Source: an uncultured virus (IMG/VR IMGVR_UViG_3300036716_000812)
Lineage: Duplodnaviria; Heunggongvirae; Uroviricota; Caudoviricetes
Direction: 5' to 3' (one strand)
IMG/VR virus record: IMGVR_UViG_3300036716_000812
DNA: 20,000 nt
The position numbers were made by a program, and so were the translations under genes. Under the pieces are notes generated by a model, which saw only the letters and a program-made list of their open reading frames with translations, did no database searches and was not told where the DNA came from. Below are positions 15,971 to 20,000 of this stretch, piece after piece. Each line of letters starts with the position of its first letter. Within the stretch, counting starts at the first letter, position 1.

Positions 15971-16000
15971 AAAAAGCCACCTTCGGGTGGCTTTTTTATT
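15971..16000 (+). terminator. Rho-independent terminator after the capsid gene
   Basis: AAAAAGCCACC-TTCG-GGTGGCTTTTTT, with a C(UUCG)G tetraloop. Confidence 0.92.
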
Positions 16001-16019
16001 GTCCGATTCCAAAGTAAAT

Positions 16020-16028
16020 GATAAATAC
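16020..16028 (+). promoter_or_regulatory. T4-late-like promoter (GATAAATAC)
   Basis: Recurrent motif, located after a terminator and before a structural gene. Confidence 0.65.
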
Positions 16029-16065
16029 TGTTAACATATAACTTAATAGTATTTCGGAATAGCAC

Positions 16066-18234
16066 ATGGCAGAACAAATTAAATTCGGTGACAATCTCTA
16101 TCTTAGAGGTGAAAAACTAGTATTAGATAACGGCACAAATTCGGGCGTTATTACTGCTGAAAATGGTACAGTTCAAATTGAAGGCACAGCAGTAATTACT
16201 GGAGACTTGACAGTTCAAGGAACAACAACTACTGTTAATTCTGCTACACTAACTATTGATGATAAGAACATTGAACTTGGTTCAATAGGTTCTCCTACAG
16301 ATGCTACAGCAGATGGTGGTGGTATTACTCTTAAAGGCACCACTGATAAAACTATTCTATATACTGAACTAACAGACAGTTGGGACTTCAATCAAAAAGT
16401 TAAATCTACAATTGGTTTTGAAGGTGCGTTAACAGGCAACACTACTGGAATGCATTTTGGTGGATTAGATACACTAGGTGCAGATATTATTGCTACTGGT
16501 CTATCTGATTTTACAGATGTTCGAATCTGGAACGGCACAATTAATGATACTGTTATCGGCAACTTGACTCCAACATCAGGCACATTCTCAACTATAACTG
16601 GTGATGGAACAGCGATTACTAATGTTCTTACAAATTATACAACTACTAATTTAACAGAAGGTTCAAATTTATATTTTACAAATGAACGAGTAGATGACCG
16701 AATTAATGATTTGTTTACATCAGCATACGGAATAACTGGAACTTATAATGATGCAGGAAATGAATTCACTCTAGCATTTGACCCAATCAATGCGGGTTCA
16801 GCCATCGCAGTATTAGATACAACAGATACAACTCAAGCAAAATTTAGAACAATACGTGAAGGTCAGACTGGAACTGGAGGTCATGGAGACTTAACAGTTG
16901 TTTTGTCTGGAGATGAGATTGTAATTGATACAAGTTCTCCTATAAATGAATTGACATATCATACATTCACAGGAAATGGTTCAACAAGCACATATACATT
17001 GCCATATACAATAGGGCAAAATTATCAGATACTAGTTTATATTGATGGCGTTGTTAAGCATCCAACAACAGATTATTCAATGTCTTCGACAACATTATCA
17101 TTAACATCACCGTTGGGTAATGGTGCTGTAATGAATGTCTTAAAACTAGGCACAACATTTACAGCAACATCGTTAACAGATGCGAATACATTAGGTGGAA
17201 ATCTTCCAGCACACTTTTTAGATTGGGCACAGTTTACAGGAACACCAACTACAATTGCAGGTTATGGTATCACAGATGCAATGACTTCAACAGCAATTAC
17301 AACAGCAATCTCAGATGCGATTGCAACAAAAGATAATACTGATGAAATTACAGAAGGCACAACAAATTTATATTATACAGACGCTCGGTCAAGAGCGGCA
17401 ATATCTGTAACAGGTGACTTGACTTATAATTCATCTACTGGTGTTATATCAACTCAAGGACTTGCCTCTTCTACTACCGATGACTTAACAGAAGGCTCAA
17501 CAAATTTATATTATACAAATGCTAGAGCAGATGCTAGGGCACAATTAAAGATTGATGCCTTAGTTGGTGGAGCATCTTCTGCCTTCGACACATTATTAGA
17601 GATTGAAAATGTAATGGCTACTGATACTGAATTATCTTCAGCAATATCAGGACTAAACCATGACAGTCTTTCTGGCTTTGTAGCAAACGAACACATTGAT
17701 TGGACACAAGCAAGTGCAGGAACAATTCATGCGAGTAATTATTCGGCAGATGTCACAGGAACTATAATTCCAGCATCAGACAATACATATGATTTAGGAA
17801 GTACTGCTATAAAGTATGCTAACATATATGGTCATTCAGTCCACGCAACATACGCCGACTTAGCAGAACGCTACGCCTCAGATGCCCCTTATGAATCTGG
17901 AACAGTTGTGGTGTTTGGTGGTGAAGCAGAAATAACAACTACGACCGATGCAGAAGATGTTTCTGTTGCGGGAGTTATATCTACAAATCCAGCAGTAAAA
18001 CTAAATGCAGATGCAGGTAATTCACAGACACATCCTTATGTAGCATTAAGAGGAAGAGTTCCGTGTCAGATGGTTGGTCCAGTATCTAAGGGTGACTTAA
18101 TCGTAACAGCAGATAACGAGCCTGGATATGCTCAAAGTGTTGGCAAAAATGACACAGGTCGTTCAGTGTTTGCTAAATCAATAGAAACAGACTTAACAGA
18201 AGGTAAAAAAATAATCGAGGTAGTTATTTTATAA
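16066..18234 (+). CDS. Virion structural/tail-fibre-like protein
   Basis: Thr/Gly/Ser-rich, GDLTVQGTTTTVN, three (L/I)TEGxxNLY(F/Y)T repeats, and a C-terminal YADLAERY...VALRGRVPC..GPVSKGDLIV module common at the ends of fibre proteins. Confidence 0.75.
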   Translation: MAEQIKFGDNLYLRGEKLVLDNGTNSGVITAENGTVQIEGTAVITGDLTVQGTTTTVNSATLTIDDKNIELGSIGSPTDATADGGGITLKGTTDKTILYTELTDSWDFNQKVKSTIGFEGALTGNTTGMHFGGLDTLGADIIATGLSDFTDVRIWNGTINDTVIGNLTPTSGTFSTITGDGTAITNVLTNYTTTNLTEGSNLYFTNERVDDRINDLFTSAYGITGTYNDAGNEFTLAFDPINAGSAIAVLDTTDTTQAKFRTIREGQTGTGGHGDLTVVLSGDEIVIDTSSPINELTYHTFTGNGSTSTYTLPYTIGQNYQILVYIDGVVKHPTTDYSMSSTTLSLTSPLGNGAVMNVLKLGTTFTATSLTDANTLGGNLPAHFLDWAQFTGTPTTIAGYGITDAMTSTAITTAISDAIATKDNTDEITEGTTNLYYTDARSRAAISVTGDLTYNSSTGVISTQGLASSTTDDLTEGSTNLYYTNARADARAQLKIDALVGGASSAFDTLLEIENVMATDTELSSAISGLNHDSLSGFVANEHIDWTQASAGTIHASNYSADVTGTIIPASDNTYDLGSTAIKYANIYGHSVHATYADLAERYASDAPYESGTVVVFGGEAEITTTTDAEDVSVAGVISTNPAVKLNADAGNSQTHPYVALRGRVPCQMVGPVSKGDLIVTADNEPGYAQSVGKNDTGRSVFAKSIETDLTEGKKIIEVVIL

Positions 18235-18287
18235 TTAACTCAGTTCTTAATATTATTAACTGTAAGTATTGCTTTTTCAACTAATCC

Positions 18288-18296
18288 GATAAATAC
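18288..18296 (+). promoter_or_regulatory. T4-late-like promoter (GATAAATAC)
   Basis: Recurrent motif about 210 nt upstream of the next start codon. Confidence 0.6.
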
Positions 18297-18507
18297 TATT
18301 GTAAAAGGAAGATAAAGGGTCCTTTTGCATATATGTAGTGAGCATTTAGTTTTAGCGAACTCGCTTACTACTAGGCTAACCTTTGTCTTAGTCGAGGGGA
18401 TGATATAAAATTTGTTTTGTATTCATTCATTGCACTTGTGCAAATAAATCTTAATTTGAACGGAAACGTTCTTTATTTTATAAAATAAAAAGACGGGAGA
18501 AAATTAA

Positions 18508-20000
18508 ATGGCAGCATATGCAATTCAATTCCGACGTGGTACGACAACAGAACATTCATCTTTTACCGGTTTATTAGGTGAGGTTACAGTTGACACAACT
18601 AAGAAAACAATAGTTGTTCACGACGGTTCAACAGCGGGCGGTTCGGCCCTAGCACTAGAAGGTGCGGCAACGGACACAACTACTGGTACTTACTCAAGTA
18701 ACGTAACAGTTGGTGGCACATTAGGTGTTACCGGTTTGACTACTATGTCAGGCGCGGCAGCAGTAACTGGTGATTTAACAATGACTGGTCACATTTTACC
18801 TAGTGCGAACATAACTTATGACTTAGGTTCAACAACAAAGATGTGGAAAGATGTTTACATTGGCCCAGGTTCATTATACATTAACGGTAAGAAAGTTATT
18901 GAAGATGACTCTGGTTCGATTAACATCACAACAGACGCAAACGAAGACCTTAAGTTTACTACAAGCGGTACAGGTACATTAAAACTAATTTCAGGTAATG
19001 GTATTTCTATTACTGGTGAAATTAACGCAACATCAGGTGACATTCAAATCGGTGACCACATCGATATGAATTCATCATTAATTAAAGAACTAGCGGCTCC
19101 AACAACCGGCACAGACGCGGCAAACAAGACGTATGTAGATAACTCTGCGGCTACTGCTGTAACAGGTGGCTCAAACGCAGGTTCATTTACAAGTGTAACA
19201 ACAACTGGTAATGCTACTATTGGTGGCAACTTAACAGTTTCTGGTACAACAACTACAGTTAACACAACAGACGTAACATTTGAAGACAACATGTTTGTTC
19301 TTAACTCAAACACTACTGGTACTCCTAGTGAGAACTCTGGTTTTGAAGTAGAACGTGGTGATTCATTAAACGTTCAGTTCTTATGGAACGAAGATGACGA
19401 CAGATGGACAACAGGTTCAAACACATTCCACGCTGGCGCTATCGTAGGTCCATTGACTGGTAATGTAACTGGTAACGTAACTGGTAACCTTGACGGTTCC
19501 ATCGGTGTTGTTACACCATCAACTGGTGTGTTTACAACTATAAGTGCTTCTGGTACAATCACTGGTGACACTGCTGGTACACATACTGGCGCAGTAACTG
19601 GTAACGTAACTGGTGATGTAACTGGTGATTTAACTGGTGATGTAACTGGTACAGTTTCAAGTATTTCTAATCATCTTAAAGATGAAGATAACATGTCTTC
19701 AGACAGTGCAACACACGTTCCTTCACAGCAATCAGTTAAGGCTTATGTTGCTTCACAAATCGCAACTAAAGACAATACTGATGAAATGACTGAAGGTTCA
19801 AGTAACCTATACTTCACAGACGCAAGAGCCCGTTCGGCAATTAGTGTTTCTGGAGATATTTCTTATAATTCAACAACTGGTGTTATTTCAACAACAGGTC
19901 TAGCAAGTTCAGACACAGATGATTTATCTGAAGGTTCAAGCAATCTTTATCATACAACTGCAAGAGCAAGAGCGGCAATTTCTGCTTCTGGTTCTTTAAG
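18508..20000 (+). CDS. Tail-fibre-like protein, 3' end beyond the window (missing from the ORF track)
   Basis: SD GGGAG, ATG 18508. MAAYAIQFRRGTTTEHSSFTGLLGEVTVDTTKKTIVVHDGSTAGG resembles the Mtd N-terminal domain; TG(N/D)V repeats and EGSSNLY repeats; frame open to the window end. Confidence 0.85.
   Translation, partial: MAAYAIQFRRGTTTEHSSFTGLLGEVTVDTTKKTIVVHDGSTAGGSALALEGAATDTTTGTYSSNVTVGGTLGVTGLTTMSGAAAVTGDLTMTGHILPSANITYDLGSTTKMWKDVYIGPGSLYINGKKVIEDDSGSINITTDANEDLKFTTSGTGTLKLISGNGISITGEINATSGDIQIGDHIDMNSSLIKELAAPTTGTDAANKTYVDNSAATAVTGGSNAGSFTSVTTTGNATIGGNLTVSGTTTTVNTTDVTFEDNMFVLNSNTTGTPSENSGFEVERGDSLNVQFLWNEDDDRWTTGSNTFHAGAIVGPLTGNVTGNVTGNLDGSIGVVTPSTGVFTTISASGTITGDTAGTHTGAVTGNVTGDVTGDLTGDVTGTVSSISNHLKDEDNMSSDSATHVPSQQSVKAYVASQIATKDNTDEMTEGSSNLYFTDARARSAISVSGDISYNSTTGVISTTGLASSDTDDLSEGSSNLYHTTARARAAISASGSL
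19456..19650 (+). repeat. Coding 12-nt tandem repeats ACTGGT(AAC/AAT/GAT)(GTA/TTA) encoding TGNV/TGDV
   Basis: Two clusters, about 19456-19488 and 19597-19650, inside the fibre ORF. Confidence 0.7.

Noticed and set aside
749..19571. Numerous antisense or alternate-frame ORFs (e.g. 12116-12937, 13966-14724, 7000-7437, 8265-9717, 18855-19571)
   Set aside because: They shadow well-supported genes and arise from codon bias on the opposite strand.
19456..19650. CRISPR-like or DGR-like repeats
   Set aside because: The repeats are in-frame 12-mers encoding TGNV/TGDV with no spacers. The duplicated fibre module does not show adenine-specific differences, and no reverse transcriptase is in the window.
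1..20000. Stop-codon reassignment as seen in some large phages
   Set aside because: Conserved genes are intact in the standard code, and TAA, TAG and TGA all occur at plausible gene ends.

Overview
AT-rich window from a large T4-like (gp20/21/22/23-type) myovirus genome, standard genetic code. Left part: the gp47/gp46 recombination nuclease pair, split by an SDR oxidoreductase. It is followed by an unlisted Hc1-like small basic protein and an accessory enzyme cluster (SAM methyltransferase, fatty-acid desaturase, GNAT-like protein, TauD-like dioxygenase). Middle: a sigma70-promoted ~170-nt candidate sRNA, a small membrane protein, and a minus-strand island. The island holds a gp26-like baseplate-hub gene, a start-less gp51-like frame apparently reached by a programmed -1 frameshift (A AAU UUU plus H-type pseudoknot), a ~600-nt densely base-paired non-coding region with its own sigma70 promoter, and a GIY-YIG nuclease directly downstream. 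Right part: tape-measure/hub-like gene, portal, prohead core proteins, protease, scaffold, major capsid protein and two tail-fibre-like genes, with T4-late-like (T/G/C)ATAAATA promoters. Best leads: the large structured RNA coupled to the GIY-YIG gene, the gp26/gp51 frameshift, and the anti-SD-loop sRNA. All family calls come from motif recognition by eye; no searches or folding programs were run.
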